From: Gammaproteobacteria bacterium
GTDB taxonomy: Bacteria; Pseudomonadota; Gammaproteobacteria; Eutrophobiales; Eutrophobiaceae
Direction: 5' to 3'
Length of the DNA stretch: 64,000 bases
Assembly: GCA_965238225.1 (NCBI GenBank)
Contig: OZ250183.1
Span: 544,001-608,000, forward strand
Positions 8,886-19,803 of the stretch are shown in pieces (position 1 is the first letter of the stretch; every line of letters starts with the position of its first letter). The notes below the pieces were generated by a model. The model was not told where the DNA came from and made no database searches. It saw only the letters and a program-made list of their open reading frames with translations. Both the position numbers and the translations under genes were made by a program.

Positions 8886-11800
8886 GTAATATTCCAGACA
8901 GCAAACAACGCAATATGGCGCTGGATCCAAGGCAGTCTTTTATTGTGCGTGCGCCTGCGGGCTCTGGAAAAACAGAATTACTCATTCGTCGTTATCTAAA
9001 ATTGCTCTCCGGTGTTGAATACCCGGAAGAGATTATTGCAATTACCTTCACTCGCAAAGCAGCAAAAGAAATGCGTGATCGAATTATTTCTGCGCTCGAA
9101 CTTGCTCGTACGGGAGGCATACCTACAGACGATTATCAAAAAGAAACCCATGTCCTAGCAACAGAAATAACCAAGCGAGATAAGGATAAAAAATGGCAGT
9201 TACAAGATAATCCTATGCGACTACGCATACAGACGCTTGATTCTTTATGGTCAGATATTACCCGGAAAATGCCGGTGCTCTCACAGTTGGGCGCACAACC
9301 AGAAACACTGGATGATGCAAGCCAGTTCTATTTGCAAGCTGCTGAACGTACCCTTCTTGCATTAGAGGATGGGGGTAATAAGAACGCAACAAGTTGGTCT
9401 GATGCTGTCGCCAAATTACTGGCGCACTTGGATAATGACCTGCCAAAATTAAAAGAGTTATTAGCAAATATGTTAGAACGTCGGAACCAATGGCTGCGAT
9501 ATATTGCCGATGATAATATCAGTCGTGAAAAACTTGATGAGGCTTTTACTTATAATTTTTCTGCAATATTGAGAAGAGCTAGGGAGGCAATAACAAACAG
9601 TGAAGAACTTATAGAGTGTATTAAATATGCAGCAAAAAATCTGCAAGATGAAGGCAAAGAATCATTAATCATTCAATGCGCAGGACTTGATGCACTTCCT
9701 GAAGCCAATCCAGATGCACTAGCACAATGGCGCGGCATTGTAGAGCTGTTACTTACCAGAGAAAATTCATGGCGCAAGACTGTTAATAAAAACAATGGTT
9801 TTCCAGCTGGCGAAAAAATATTCAAACCTCTATTCAAGCAATTGCTTGAACAATATTCAGGTAATGAAAATCTGTTAGAGAAGCTTATAGGGATACGCTA
9901 CATACCTGAAATCTGGAATTTAAAAGAAAACGGCAAGACAGCTTGGCTTGATGATGACCAATGGAAAATACTTCAGGCTTTGCCAAGCTTACTGGTTTTT
10001 GCTGAGGCACAATTACGGGTTCTATTTTCAGAACATAGCAAGATTGATTTCATTGGCATTGAACAATCTGCTTTGCTAGCCTTAAGAGATAATGAAAAGC
10101 CAACGGATTTGGCATTACAGCTTGATTATCGAATTCAGCATATCTTGGTGGATGAGTTTCAGGATGTCTCCGTCACGCAGTATGATTTATTGGAAAAACT
10201 CACTGAAGGCTGGTGTGAAAATGATGGCCGCACATTGTTTCTAGTCGGCGACCCCATGCAATCAATCTATTGTTTTCGAGCGGCAGAGGTCGGTAAATTT
10301 TTAAGCGTGTTTAACAAGAAAAAATTAGGTCAGCTACAGCTACAGCCACTCACATTGACTATTAATTTTCGTTCACAGCAGGGGGTCGTAACATGGATTA
10401 ATGACGCTTTTGAAACAATATTCCCACAACAACAAGACATCACAAAAAGTGCCGTGAATTATTCGCCAGTGTTTGCCGTAGATAAATCAGGCGCAGGACA
10501 AGTAGTAATACACCCACTATTTCAAGACAATAGCCATGAGGAGGAGGCGAAACAGATCGTTCATACCGTAAAGCGGATAGAAAAGGAAGCCACAGTTAAA
10601 GACATTGCTATTTTAGTACGCGCTAGGTCACAATTGGATGCAATTATTGCGCATTTCAGACAAGCTAAAATCTGTTTTCAGGCAGTAGATATAGAACTAT
10701 TAAGTCACCGCACTGCGGTTCAGGATTGCTTGGCATTAACGCGGGCATTATTACACCCGTCAGATCGCATTGCCTGGCTAGCCATATTACGCGCTCCTTG
10801 GTGTGGCTTGACTTTAGCCGACTTGAATACCCTTGCCAGCGATAAAAAGACATCTATCTGGTCATGCATGAATGATGAATTAAGAATAAAAAAAATGAGT
10901 AACGATGGTCAGAAACGTCTCTCGAAACTAAGAGAAATTCTTGAAAAGGCGATGACAAACCGTCAACGCAGATCACTGCGTCGTATGGTTGAAATGGTTT
11001 GGATGAAAATAGGTGGGCCAGCAACACTGGAAGATGACTCTGATCTGGAAAATGTTCAGACATATTTCGATGCCTTACAGAAAGAAGAAAAAAGTGGTGA
11101 TCTTAAAACGCTCGCCAAGCTGGAAAAGATTGTCGAAGAACTCTATGCCGCAACAGATACGCAAAGTTTAGATGAATTAGATGGCTCAAATAAACTGAAT
11201 ATTCAAATAATGACCATCCACAAGGCCAAAGGCCTTGAGTTTGATGTTGTTATCTTGCCAGGGCTAAACTATAGAATCCCTTCAATGGATAAGCGTTTAT
11301 TGTTATGGCAGGAGCAGCAACGCGAAGATAACACTAATGATTTATTGCTTGCGCCCATCAAAGAAATCGGCATCAATACTGATAATACATTATGTAGTTA
11401 TTTGGAAATGCTTGAAAAAACCAAGCTTGAAAATGAGCGAGATCGCCTGCTTTATGTTGCCGCAACACGTGCAAAAAAACAATTACATTTATTCGGGTCG
11501 GTCAGGCTGAAGAAAAAAAATAAACCATTCTTGTCGAAGGAGAATCCTTTGCTTGCAGCCATATGGCCGATAAAATATAAGCTACCCTCGCCGGGAAAGA
11601 ACTCTCTGCTTGCAACGCTCTGGCCGATGGTAAAAGAAGATTATCAAAAAGAATATTGCCTAGCTTATCCATCAGGACATCTAGAAGATATCATAAAAGA
11701 AACAACTTTGCCTGTTGAGGTAAAAAATTATTTTTATCGTCAGATAAGCGCATGGGAAATTCCAGAGCCACCAGAAAATATAAATTGGCAAAAAAATGAA

Positions 11801-12385
11801 GCAACCGTGGCAGAAACATCAGATAGCGATATTAAATTTGAATGGGCGGAAGAAACCATACGACACGTCGGTATTGTGGTGCACCGCTGTATTCAATTAA
11901 TATGTGAAGACCAAACTAATAATCGTTATATTTGGGATAAAAAAAGAATACAAGAAAAACGCGCTTGGTTTAGGCAAGCATTGGTGTGGCGAGGCGTTGG
12001 AGTAGAAGAAATTAACTTAGCAAGTAAGCAGGTAGAAGAAGCCTTGATTAATATGATTCAAGATAAGCGTGGACAATGGCTGTTTTCTGCAGAACATAAA
12101 CAACAAAAAAATGAATATGCCTTAAGCGGGATATATCAAGACAAGGTTATTAGTATTAAAATTGACCGCACCTTCGTCGATAAGGATGGCACGCGATGGA
12201 TCATTGATTATAAAACCAGTCGTCATGAAGGCAAAGATGTAGATATTTTTCTAGATCAACAACAAGAACGTTATAAAGAACAATTAGAAAAATACGGTGT
12301 TCTAATGAAAGGTTATGGCGAGCAATCAATCAAGCTTGGGCTTTATTTTCCCTTGTTGCAGGGTTGGAGAGCTTGGGAATATTAG
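8882..12385 (+). CDS. AddA/RexA-like UvrD helicase-nuclease
   Basis: APAGSGKT, ITFTRKAA, VDEFQD, VGDPMQSIY, TIHKAKGLEF, YVAATRA and C-terminal IDR...IIDYKT nuclease motifs. Confidence 0.9.
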   Translation: MSNIPDSKQRNMALDPRQSFIVRAPAGSGKTELLIRRYLKLLSGVEYPEEIIAITFTRKAAKEMRDRIISALELARTGGIPTDDYQKETHVLATEITKRDKDKKWQLQDNPMRLRIQTLDSLWSDITRKMPVLSQLGAQPETLDDASQFYLQAAERTLLALEDGGNKNATSWSDAVAKLLAHLDNDLPKLKELLANMLERRNQWLRYIADDNISREKLDEAFTYNFSAILRRAREAITNSEELIECIKYAAKNLQDEGKESLIIQCAGLDALPEANPDALAQWRGIVELLLTRENSWRKTVNKNNGFPAGEKIFKPLFKQLLEQYSGNENLLEKLIGIRYIPEIWNLKENGKTAWLDDDQWKILQALPSLLVFAEAQLRVLFSEHSKIDFIGIEQSALLALRDNEKPTDLALQLDYRIQHILVDEFQDVSVTQYDLLEKLTEGWCENDGRTLFLVGDPMQSIYCFRAAEVGKFLSVFNKKKLGQLQLQPLTLTINFRSQQGVVTWINDAFETIFPQQQDITKSAVNYSPVFAVDKSGAGQVVIHPLFQDNSHEEEAKQIVHTVKRIEKEATVKDIAILVRARSQLDAIIAHFRQAKICFQAVDIELLSHRTAVQDCLALTRALLHPSDRIAWLAILRAPWCGLTLADLNTLASDKKTSIWSCMNDELRIKKMSNDGQKRLSKLREILEKAMTNRQRRSLRRMVEMVWMKIGGPATLEDDSDLENVQTYFDALQKEEKSGDLKTLAKLEKIVEELYAATDTQSLDELDGSNKLNIQIMTIHKAKGLEFDVVILPGLNYRIPSMDKRLLLWQEQQREDNTNDLLLAPIKEIGINTDNTLCSYLEMLEKTKLENERDRLLYVAATRAKKQLHLFGSVRLKKKNKPFLSKENPLLAAIWPIKYKLPSPGKNSLLATLWPMVKEDYQKEYCLAYPSGHLEDIIKETTLPVEVKNYFYRQISAWEIPEPPENINWQKNEATVAETSDSDIKFEWAEETIRHVGIVVHRCIQLICEDQTNNRYIWDKKRIQEKRAWFRQALVWRGVGVEEINLASKQVEEALINMIQDKRGQWLFSAEHKQQKNEYALSGIYQDKVISIKIDRTFVDKDGTRWIIDYKTSRHEGKDVDIFLDQQQERYKEQLEKYGVLMKGYGEQSIKLGLYFPLLQGWRAWEY

Positions 12386-12751
12386 TGGAAAATATGTAAA
12401 CAGCAATGGATTAAACGTGTACCTGAGAATTATACTAATTCATCATGTTTTGATAATATGACACCAACATAAGCGTGAGCTTTTATCTTGATATTTACAA
12501 CTATTACTAATTTTTTAGGGTTTCCTGTGAATGGGTGGCGGGTACTAGGCGGAAAAGCTAAGCGTAGCTTGTTAGTCAGGATAATCTCCGTTGAAAAGTG
12601 AAGCTATTGTTAATAGCATCTTAAAACTTGGAAGCACCGCTTAGATTTCTATTGTTTTTTTTGTCAAAAAACAGCTACACTGTGCGTCGCTATATTCTGT
12701 GCTGGTATTTTGTCAGAAATACTTTTCAATGTTTTAAATGAGATGATGATT

Positions 12752-12965
12752 CTGGCAACAGAATCCATTAAATGGCTTAACAACAAATTGTTTAACGATG
12801 CTAAGGGTTTCGGCTTTATTACACCTGACGATAGCAGTTAAGGACGTATTTTTTTGTTCCTGTGTCTATCGCGAGCGAAGATTTCCGTACATTTGTGAAG
12901 ACCAGCAGGTCAATTTCGACCTTGAAGAGGGAGTATATAAGGGCTACAGGCGTAAATTGTGATAA
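12752..12965 (+). pseudogene. Cold-shock protein (Csp family) pseudogene
   Basis: ATESIKW...FNDAKGFGFITPDDSS/KDVF/ASEDFRT/EDQQVNFDLEEG reconstructed across several frameshifts; start codon lost. Confidence 0.85.
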
Positions 12966-13056
12966 TCTCAAGGGTTTGATTGATTTAATGTTTTAAGTAA
13001 AATCCTGAGAAATTTCTTAAGCGGATTTTTTTTAACGTAAGAATGGGAGTTTCAAA

Positions 13057-13320
13057 GTGAAGAAATTATTTGTTGGCAGTTTGCCACCCAGTACTACAGA
13101 AGATTCTCTAAAGGCTTTATTTTCAGAGTTTGGTACGGTGCGTTCTATGAATCTTGTGAAAGATTTATTTTCAGGAAATTGTAAAGGGTTTGCCTTTCTG
13201 GAAATGGAAGGTCATGAGGCGCGTGCTGCTATTGCCGGATTGGATGGTAAGTCATTTGGAGGTAATTTTCTTAAGGTAAAATTCGAAGAACCACGTAAAA
13301 GTAGAGGCAGGCGTCGCTAA
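13057..13320 (+). CDS. RRM (RNP-1) RNA-binding protein
   Basis: LFVGSL (RNP2) and KGFAFLEM (RNP1); Arg-rich tail. Confidence 0.93.
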   Translation: MKKLFVGSLPPSTTEDSLKALFSEFGTVRSMNLVKDLFSGNCKGFAFLEMEGHEARAAIAGLDGKSFGGNFLKVKFEEPRKSRGRRR

Positions 13321-13609
13321 AATAGGGCATCAGATTTTTAATTTACTAGATTCTTAATTCAAATGGTAGATGTGCTGTTATCAAAATTATTCCCAAAATA
13401 TATAAGCTAGATATATAAACTTCGTCTGTATCTTTAAACTCCTATCCTTATTAACCACTTAAACAATCCAAAAAAAACGAAGCAAATCAGAGCTTCATTC
13501 GCAAAATTAATGACTGAATATGTAGAAAAATTTTGTAGTTTGTTGCCGAGTCAGGTGTCTAGTTATGATTAAACCATCTTGCCTCTTACAGCGACCGAGG
13601 AATCATCGA

Positions 13610-13996
13610 TTGTCAGCTAAAGAGAAAATTTTGGCGCAAGCTCGTTCGTTTATTGAGTCCGCCAAGCAGAATGAAGCACGACTTTGTTTGCTTGATTTAC
13701 TAACAGAAGATCCGAACAATCATGCGGCATTATTGATGTTGGGCGGATCATATTTTATTGACGAGAAATATTCAGAAGCAGAAATAGTTTTTGAAAGATT
13801 AATTTTAATAGATCCGGGTGAAGGAAAATTCTCAATAGCCTTATTTAATACATTATGGAAATCAGATCGGACAGAAGAAGCCATTGAAGAAATAAAACGT
13901 TTCATATCTACTGCTAATTCTGTGAAAGAGAAAGAGACAATCGGTAAATATATGGAAATTACAAATTCAATTGCAGACAATCTTGACCATGTATAG
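13610..13996 (+). CDS. Tetratricopeptide repeat protein
   Basis: DPNNHAALLMLG...YSEAEIVFERLILIDP TPR pattern; TTG at 13610 follows a GAGGA RBS (ORF track start is 13565). Confidence 0.75.
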   Translation: MSAKEKILAQARSFIESAKQNEARLCLLDLLTEDPNNHAALLMLGGSYFIDEKYSEAEIVFERLILIDPGEGKFSIALFNTLWKSDRTEEAIEEIKRFISTANSVKEKETIGKYMEITNSIADNLDHV

Positions 13997-14005
13997 GAAT
14001 TTATC

Positions 14006-14473
14006 ATGTTAAATATAATTAAGAATTTTTTTGAACAAAGAAATTCCCAAAAAGATGGTGATGAGCTTGAGCTTGAGCATCAGTTGAAATTGGCAACAGC
14101 TGCTTTGTTGATTGAGATGATGCAACAAGATGACGAGGTGCATGAGAAAGAAATTGAAACAATAAAAAATTCATTAAAAGAGAGATTCAGTCTTACTGAT
14201 GACGAATGCCACGCATTGTTTGAGCTGGCAGAAGAAAGGGTTGGGGATGCTGTTGATTATCATCGATTTACCAGTCTTATTGTTAGAGAATTTACACAGG
14301 CACAGAAGATTAAGGTTATAGAATTGCTATGGTCTGTGGCTTATGCAGATTCACATCTAGATTCTTTGGAAGAACATATGGTGCGGAAGATCTCCGATTT
14401 GATTCATGTTTCTCATAAAGATTTTATTAAATCTAAGCATAAGATACAGGATGCATTAGCAAATGATAATTAA
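14006..14473 (+). CDS. TerB-family (tellurite-resistance-like) protein
   Basis: LATAALLIEM, FTSLI and LWSVAYAD...EEHMVRKISDL motifs. Confidence 0.85.
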   Translation: MLNIIKNFFEQRNSQKDGDELELEHQLKLATAALLIEMMQQDDEVHEKEIETIKNSLKERFSLTDDECHALFELAEERVGDAVDYHRFTSLIVREFTQAQKIKVIELLWSVAYADSHLDSLEEHMVRKISDLIHVSHKDFIKSKHKIQDALANDN

Positions 14474-14814
14474 TATACAAAAAATAAATCGCTTAAATTA
14501 GCGTAATTTTATCTTCATCTATACATATTAATATTTTTATACAGTGCTCCTGTTGCTTTTTACAGTTTTTTTACCAATAAAAAATAATAATAAATATCAT
14601 CAGCTGATCTTTTATCAGTCAGGGTTGGTTTTTTGTAATTTTTCTTAAGATGATCGAGAATCCTTGTGTTTAGATCATCTAGAGTATTCTTAAATCTCAA
14701 GCTTGACCATCTCAAAAAATAAAACCATGATCTCAGAAACAGAAACATTTTCTTAAGCAGATTGTTAACTATCTTAGTGGTATGGAGATATCCTAACAAT
14801 ATGGGTATCTCAAA

Positions 14815-15065
14815 ATAAAAAAACCTTATACCGAAGAACAAATTATTCGAGCCATCAAGCAGCATGAGGCAGATGCCAAAATCGTTCTCGCGCTGCCCTT
14901 GTGTTTTGCGCATTGGGTCATCCATGACCAAAGTTGAAGATATTTATCGAGATGTAGTTATCCGCCAAGGTTTTTATCATTGACGAAATAAATATTCTGG
15001 ATTGAAAACGAATCAAGCCAAACGATTAGAGCGTTTTAGACTAAGCATGATAAACCGAAAAGATT
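14815..15065 (+). mobile_element. IS3-family transposase OrfA remnant, interrupted by a mini-insertion
   Basis: KKPYTEEQIIRAIKQHEADAK[insert]VEDIYRDV...FYH-stop-RNKYSGLKTNQAKRL. Confidence 0.8.
14881..14927. repeat. ~47-bp mini-element flanked by a CCAAA duplication; related copy at ~21776-21818
   Basis: CCAAA at 14876-14880 and 14928-14932; removing the insert plus one CCAAA restores the OrfA frame. Confidence 0.6.
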
Positions 15066-15274
15066 GTAATTGTATTATTAAAATTAAAACACCATCCTGT
15101 CAGATAAGGCGCTGTAAGCGTGGGTCAATTTTTCTGTCTTTACGAATGGATTTGATAAAACTTTTTAACCCCTCATGATATGAGTGTCTGCAAGAATGCT
15201 GGAAAATGTCAATGCCAGAGGTTGCTTTATCTTATCTCTCACGATCCTCACAGATACTATTATCTTGTATGTTA

Positions 15275-16489
15275 CTAAGCAGGGCGCTTGAATACTAATG
15301 CGGCATTAGTCCCACCAAAACCAAAACTATTAGATATAATAGTGTTGAGGCCTGCGTTATCTTGTCTTGTAGTGATAATTTTCATTCCAGCAGCACCTTC
15401 ATCTAGTTCAGTGATATTTGCAGAGGAAGCAATGAAATCATGTTTCATCATGAGCAGCGAATAGATAGCTTCATTGGCACCTGCTGCGCCAAGTCCATGT
15501 CCTGTCAAAGATTTAGTTCCACTGATCCTAGGTGTATCGTCACCAAATAATTTTTTTATGGCTTCAAGTTCAACAATGTCTCCAACGGGTGTGCTGGTTG
15601 CGTGGGTATTTATGTAATCAACAGGCGTATCGATTGTTGAAGTTGCCTGTTGCATACAACGCAGTGCTCCTTCACCAGAAGGTTTAACCATATCCGATCC
15701 ATCAGACGTAGCGCCATAACCAACGACTTCAGCATAGATATGCGCATTTCTGCATAATGCATGCTCTAGTTCTTCCATGACAACGATTCCACCGCCACCA
15801 GAAATAACAAAACCATCACGCTTTGTATCGTAAGGTCTTGATGCGGTTTCTGGTGTGTTATTGTATGTTGAGGAAAGCACGCCCATGCTATCGAACAGAA
15901 ATGCAGTAGTCCAGTGCACCTCATCAGCACCACCAGCAAAAATAATATCCTGTTTTCCAGATTGAATTATTTCGTAGGCATTACCAATACAATGTGCACT
16001 GGTGGCGCATGCTGAACTAATGGAATAGTTAACGCCTTTGATTTTATAGGCAACAGAAAGGCAGGCACTGACAGTACTTGCCATAATTCGAGGCACCATT
16101 GTCAGCCCCACTTTGCGTACGCCTTTTGCCCGCATTAGCTCGACTGCCTTAAGAAAATTCTGGTTTGAACCGCTCCCTGATCCGACAATTAATCCAGATT
16201 TTGGGTTTGAAATTTGTTCCTCACTGAGACCTGAATCTTCTATAGCTTCCTTCATAGCCAAATAGGCAAAAGCCGATGCATCACCCATGAAGCGTTTAAG
16301 TTTTCTATTAATCAATTCTTCAAGATTGAGGCAAATTCGCCCATGTATATGAGAGCGAAGCCCATGCGCTGCATATTCTTCACAGAATTCAATTCCAGAT
16401 TTACCAGTTTTTAGGGACTCAGTGACTTCTGTCTTGTTATTGCCAATACTAGAGATAATACCAAGCCCGGTAATTACAACACGCTTCAT
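15275..16489 (-). CDS. fabB: 3-oxoacyl-ACP synthase I
   Basis: [28 protein letters not shown] and [11 protein letters not shown] motifs; downstream of fabA. Confidence 0.95.
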   Translation of the reverse strand: MKRVVITGLGIISSIGNNKTEVTESLKTGKSGIEFCEEYAAHGLRSHIHGRICLNLEELINRKLKRFMGDASAFAYLAMKEAIEDSGLSEEQISNPKSGLIVGSGSGSNQNFLKAVELMRAKGVRKVGLTMVPRIMASTVSACLSVAYKIKGVNYSISSACATSAHCIGNAYEIIQSGKQDIIFAGGADEVHWTTAFLFDSMGVLSSTYNNTPETASRPYDTKRDGFVISGGGGIVVMEELEHALCRNAHIYAEVVGYGATSDGSDMVKPSGEGALRCMQQATSTIDTPVDYINTHATSTPVGDIVELEAIKKLFGDDTPRISGTKSLTGHGLGAAGANEAIYSLLMMKHDFIASSANITELDEGAAGMKIITTRQDNAGLNTIISNSFGFGGTNAALVFKRPA

Positions 16490-16516
16490 TCAAAATTCCT
16501 TAGTTAAAAAGCATCA

Positions 16517-17020
16517 TTATAGTTTGAATAAGCCTACGCGCAAATCCTTGGCTGTATATATTTCTTTATCATCAATAAGCATTGATCCATCTGCAAAACC
16601 TATCACCAGTTTTTTGAAGATGATCCGTTTAATATTAATACGGTATGTGATCGACTGTGTTTCTGGTAACACTTGACCCATAAATTTTACATCACCCACC
16701 CCAAGCGCCCTACCTTTTCCTAGTTCACCTGTCCAAGAGAGGTAAAATCCAAGTAATTGCCACATTGCATCAAGGCCAAGACAACCAGGCATCACAGGGT
16801 CACCATGAAAGTGGCAGTCAAAAAACCAGAGGTTCGGTTTAATGTCCATTTCTGCTACTACCAATCCTTTATCATAATTTCCACCCTCTTCACTGATTGA
16901 AATGATTCGATCAAACATAAGCAGCGGTGGCGAGGGTAATTTAGCATGGGTTTCTCCAAATAATTTGCCTTGACCTGATTTAATCAAGTCTTCATATATA
17001 TAGTTATTTTTTTTATTCAT
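16517..17020 (-). CDS. fabA: 3-hydroxydecanoyl-ACP dehydratase/isomerase
   Basis: [25 protein letters not shown] motif. Confidence 0.97.
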   Translation of the reverse strand: MNKKNNYIYEDLIKSGQGKLFGETHAKLPSPPLLMFDRIISISEEGGNYDKGLVVAEMDIKPNLWFFDCHFHGDPVMPGCLGLDAMWQLLGFYLSWTGELGKGRALGVGDVKFMGQVLPETQSITYRINIKRIIFKKLVIGFADGSMLIDDKEIYTAKDLRVGLFKL

Positions 17021-17225
17021 GCCGTTTACAATATCTCATATATAGCCCACTTAAAAAACCAGTTTTTACGAGTAAATCTTCCAAACATTTGAAATATAAA
17101 GTATTAATAAATCTAATTATTGATGCTGGCACCTATTTAGTTGCTTGAGTTACCATCCCTTGACACTGTCCATCCTATCGCTAGACTTCCCTTGGAAGTG
17201 GCGCAAGATAAATTAGGATAATCGA

Positions 17226-18458
17226 ATGTCAGCAGACAATATTTTAATAAATAGAAGAAAAAGCGTCGGTGTGAAGGTCGGGTCAGTATTGCTGGGTGGT
17301 GGCGCACCTATCGTTGTCCAGTCAATGACAAATACAGATACTGCAGATGCCAAATCAACGGCGAAACAGGTGCAAAAACTTGCCTCTGCCGGATCCGAAC
17401 TTGTCCGCATCACAGTGGATACTGAAAAATCGGCCAGTCAGGTTGCCTTGATTAGAGAAAAGCTGGATGCGATGGGATGTTATGTTCCTTTGATCGGTGA
17501 TTTTCATTACAACGGCCATACGCTACTGGAACAATATCCTGACTGCGCAGAAGCACTGGCGAAGTATCGAATTAACCCAGGTAATGTTGGTTTTGGCAGG
17601 AAAAAAGATGATCAGTTTGCTGTGATGGTAGAAAAGGCTATTCAATATAATAAGTCAATTCGTATCGGTGTTAATTGGGGCAGCCTAGATCAGAAACTAT
17701 TAACACAAATGATGGATGATAACGCCAGTTTAGCTGAACCACATGATGCTGATGATGTAATGAAAGAGGCTTTGATTGTTTCTGCTTTGAACAGTGCAAA
17801 AAAAGCTGAAGAGATTGGTCTAGCCCGGAGTAAAATTGTTCTTTCATGTAAAGTAAGCGGTGTACAGAAACTGATTTCTGTGTATCGAGACCTTGGCATG
17901 CGATGCGATTATGCGATTCACCTAGGACTCACTGAAGCAGGCATGGGTTCAAAGGGAATTGTCGCTTCAACTGCGGCAATGGCTGTGCTGTTACAGGAAG
18001 GTATTGGCGACACCATTCGTGTCTCGTTAACACCTGAACCCAATGGAGACAGAACCAACGAGGTAATTGTTGCTCAGGAAATGTTACAAACTATGGGGTT
18101 ACGTTCGTTTACACCACTGGTTACTGCATGCCCGGGTTGCGGCAGGACTACCAGTACCGTATTCCAAGATCTTGCCAACTCTATTCAAACCTATGTTCGT
18201 AGTCAAATGCCCATTTGGCGAGAGAAATATATTGGTGTTGAAGATATGAATCTAGCGGTGATGGGTTGTGTTGTAAACGGGCCTGGCGAAAGCAAACATG
18301 CAGATATTGGCATCAGTTTGCCAGGTACGGGGGAGACACCCATCGCCCCAGTTTTTATTGACGGCAAAAAAGCTATGACGCTTAGAGGTGATAATATCTC
18401 TGAAGAATTTCGTGCGATTGTGAGTGACTATGTTGAAAGTCATTATTCACAGAGGTGA
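17226..18458 (+). CDS. ispG: (E)-4-hydroxy-3-methylbut-2-enyl-diphosphate synthase
   Basis: [28 protein letters not shown] and [10 protein letters not shown] motifs. Confidence 0.97.
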   Translation: MSADNILINRRKSVGVKVGSVLLGGGAPIVVQSMTNTDTADAKSTAKQVQKLASAGSELVRITVDTEKSASQVALIREKLDAMGCYVPLIGDFHYNGHTLLEQYPDCAEALAKYRINPGNVGFGRKKDDQFAVMVEKAIQYNKSIRIGVNWGSLDQKLLTQMMDDNASLAEPHDADDVMKEALIVSALNSAKKAEEIGLARSKIVLSCKVSGVQKLISVYRDLGMRCDYAIHLGLTEAGMGSKGIVASTAAMAVLLQEGIGDTIRVSLTPEPNGDRTNEVIVAQEMLQTMGLRSFTPLVTACPGCGRTTSTVFQDLANSIQTYVRSQMPIWREKYIGVEDMNLAVMGCVVNGPGESKHADIGISLPGTGETPIAPVFIDGKKAMTLRGDNISEEFRAIVSDYVESHYSQR

Positions 18459-18525
18459 TTTTGGTTTTGCAAGAAAGATAAATAATTACAGTATTTTCTA
18501 TTATTTAAAAGAGTCTAGTCTTTGC

Positions 18526-18596
18526 CAATTCAGTGCACGCACACTTAAGTAAACACGGTTAAACAGTAATTTTAACAGACGGGCTGTTAGTTAAGG
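18526..18596 (+). repeat. Diverged ~70-bp repeat, copy 1
   Basis: CAATTCAGTGCACGCACAC...ACAGTAATTTTAACAGACG...TTAAG resembles 19127-19194. Confidence 0.45.
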
Positions 18597-18617
18597 ATCA
18601 ATAACTAGCAGCTTGGG

Positions 18618-19073
18618 CTAGCAGCCTGACACACGCAGATACTTTTGATACTCCACAGGCAGATTTCCAAAAAGACAAGTCCAAGGAGGGTCATCAGTAG
18701 AACTATAAAGCAATGTAATGAGTTCCCCTTCAAAGGGCTTTTGATTGATAACGTACAGTAGCGAAGAACCAAAAACTTGTATCTTGCATGCGCCACCTTT
18801 GCTAAACAACCCACTTTCTACACCAATCCAGCCAGCAATATTTGGGTCATTACTTGGGGACCCCGAATTATTGCTAGATCATACCCTTTCTTGGCATTTG
18901 TAAGCTCTGCCGAAACAGCCGCCAGCGTCGCTTTTTTGGTGTACCCCCCCCATAAACTGGTAGCGCGATTGCAGACAAAATACCAATAATTGAATTGCAA
19001 CCACGATCATTAGTTCAATCAGCGTAAAACCCTGTTGATTATCTTGCTGCCTGTGCCATTTTTTATTGCTCAT
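18618..19073 (-). pseudogene. pilA: Type IVa major pilin pseudogene
   Basis: QQGFTLIELMIVVAI/IIGILSAIALPVY/YTKKA...W-T-C...C; frameshifts at a CAATT duplication, a G8 tract and near 18858. Confidence 0.85.
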
Positions 19074-19126
19074 GCTTTAATTTTACCTACGCTAAATCTA
19101 TAAGGGGACAAGGTTTAATCTTACCT

Positions 19127-19194
19127 CAATTCAGCACGCACACGGCTAGACAATCTGGCACACTGTAAATTCTATCGGCGATTGATAGTTTAAG
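19127..19194 (+). repeat. Diverged ~70-bp repeat, copy 2
   Basis: CAATTCAGCACGCACAC...ACTGTAAATTCTATCGGCG...TTAAG. Confidence 0.45.
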
Positions 19195-19344
19195 TAAGCG
19201 TTTTTATCTTATCCACCATAAAATATTTCAAAGAAAATAGCTGCTTTTTTTAAGATCTCGCGCTCCTTTCGGAATCGCTTATTCTCTCTTTCGATGGTTC
19301 TAATATATGTTTTGATAAATGATTATTACGCTTGTCTGTTTTAT

Positions 19345-19522
19345 AAAAAGCATCCGCACCATATTGGTCGATTTCTCCCCACCGGGACAAATGATCACGT
19401 GCCACTCCCAATATTTTGACTGACTGTGAGCGTTTTTATCCCTTTGTTCAAGCAGGTCGAACTGCCGCATGTTTAAATGTCTTGGTTGTATACCGTTTTT
19501 TTGTTTTGTCATCTTCACTCAT
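19345..19522 (-). mobile_element. IS3-family OrfA (HTH) remnant
   Basis: MSEDDKTKKRYTTKTFKHAAVR...SQSVKILGVARDHLSRW...QYGADAF with two in-frame stops. Confidence 0.65.
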
Positions 19523-19803
19523 TCTCTGGGGTGATTGCCTTTGAAAAAATATGTGTCAAACTTATGCGCTTGGCATTTTACTACAAGCATAAAGCTATGC
19601 CTGATTATGTTGCAAATAACAATATACCAGCAGACAATGAGCAGATAATGCTTTTTATCTCCAAAGCAAATTAATCTCTTCTCTGAGAGATCGTTGTGTA
19701 TGGATTATCGTTAAAAGTTTCTCCTAATTAAGGTTTATTGATTTAGGTTTTTTCTAGGAGGGCTACGGTGTGACAAGTTAAATTAATTGAAGGGAAAATA
19801 TTT

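Noticed and set aside
14560-14931. 123-aa ORF on - strand
   Set aside because: It overlaps the IS3 remnant and mini-element on the opposite strand; probably spurious, though its 3' part may be a gene fragment.
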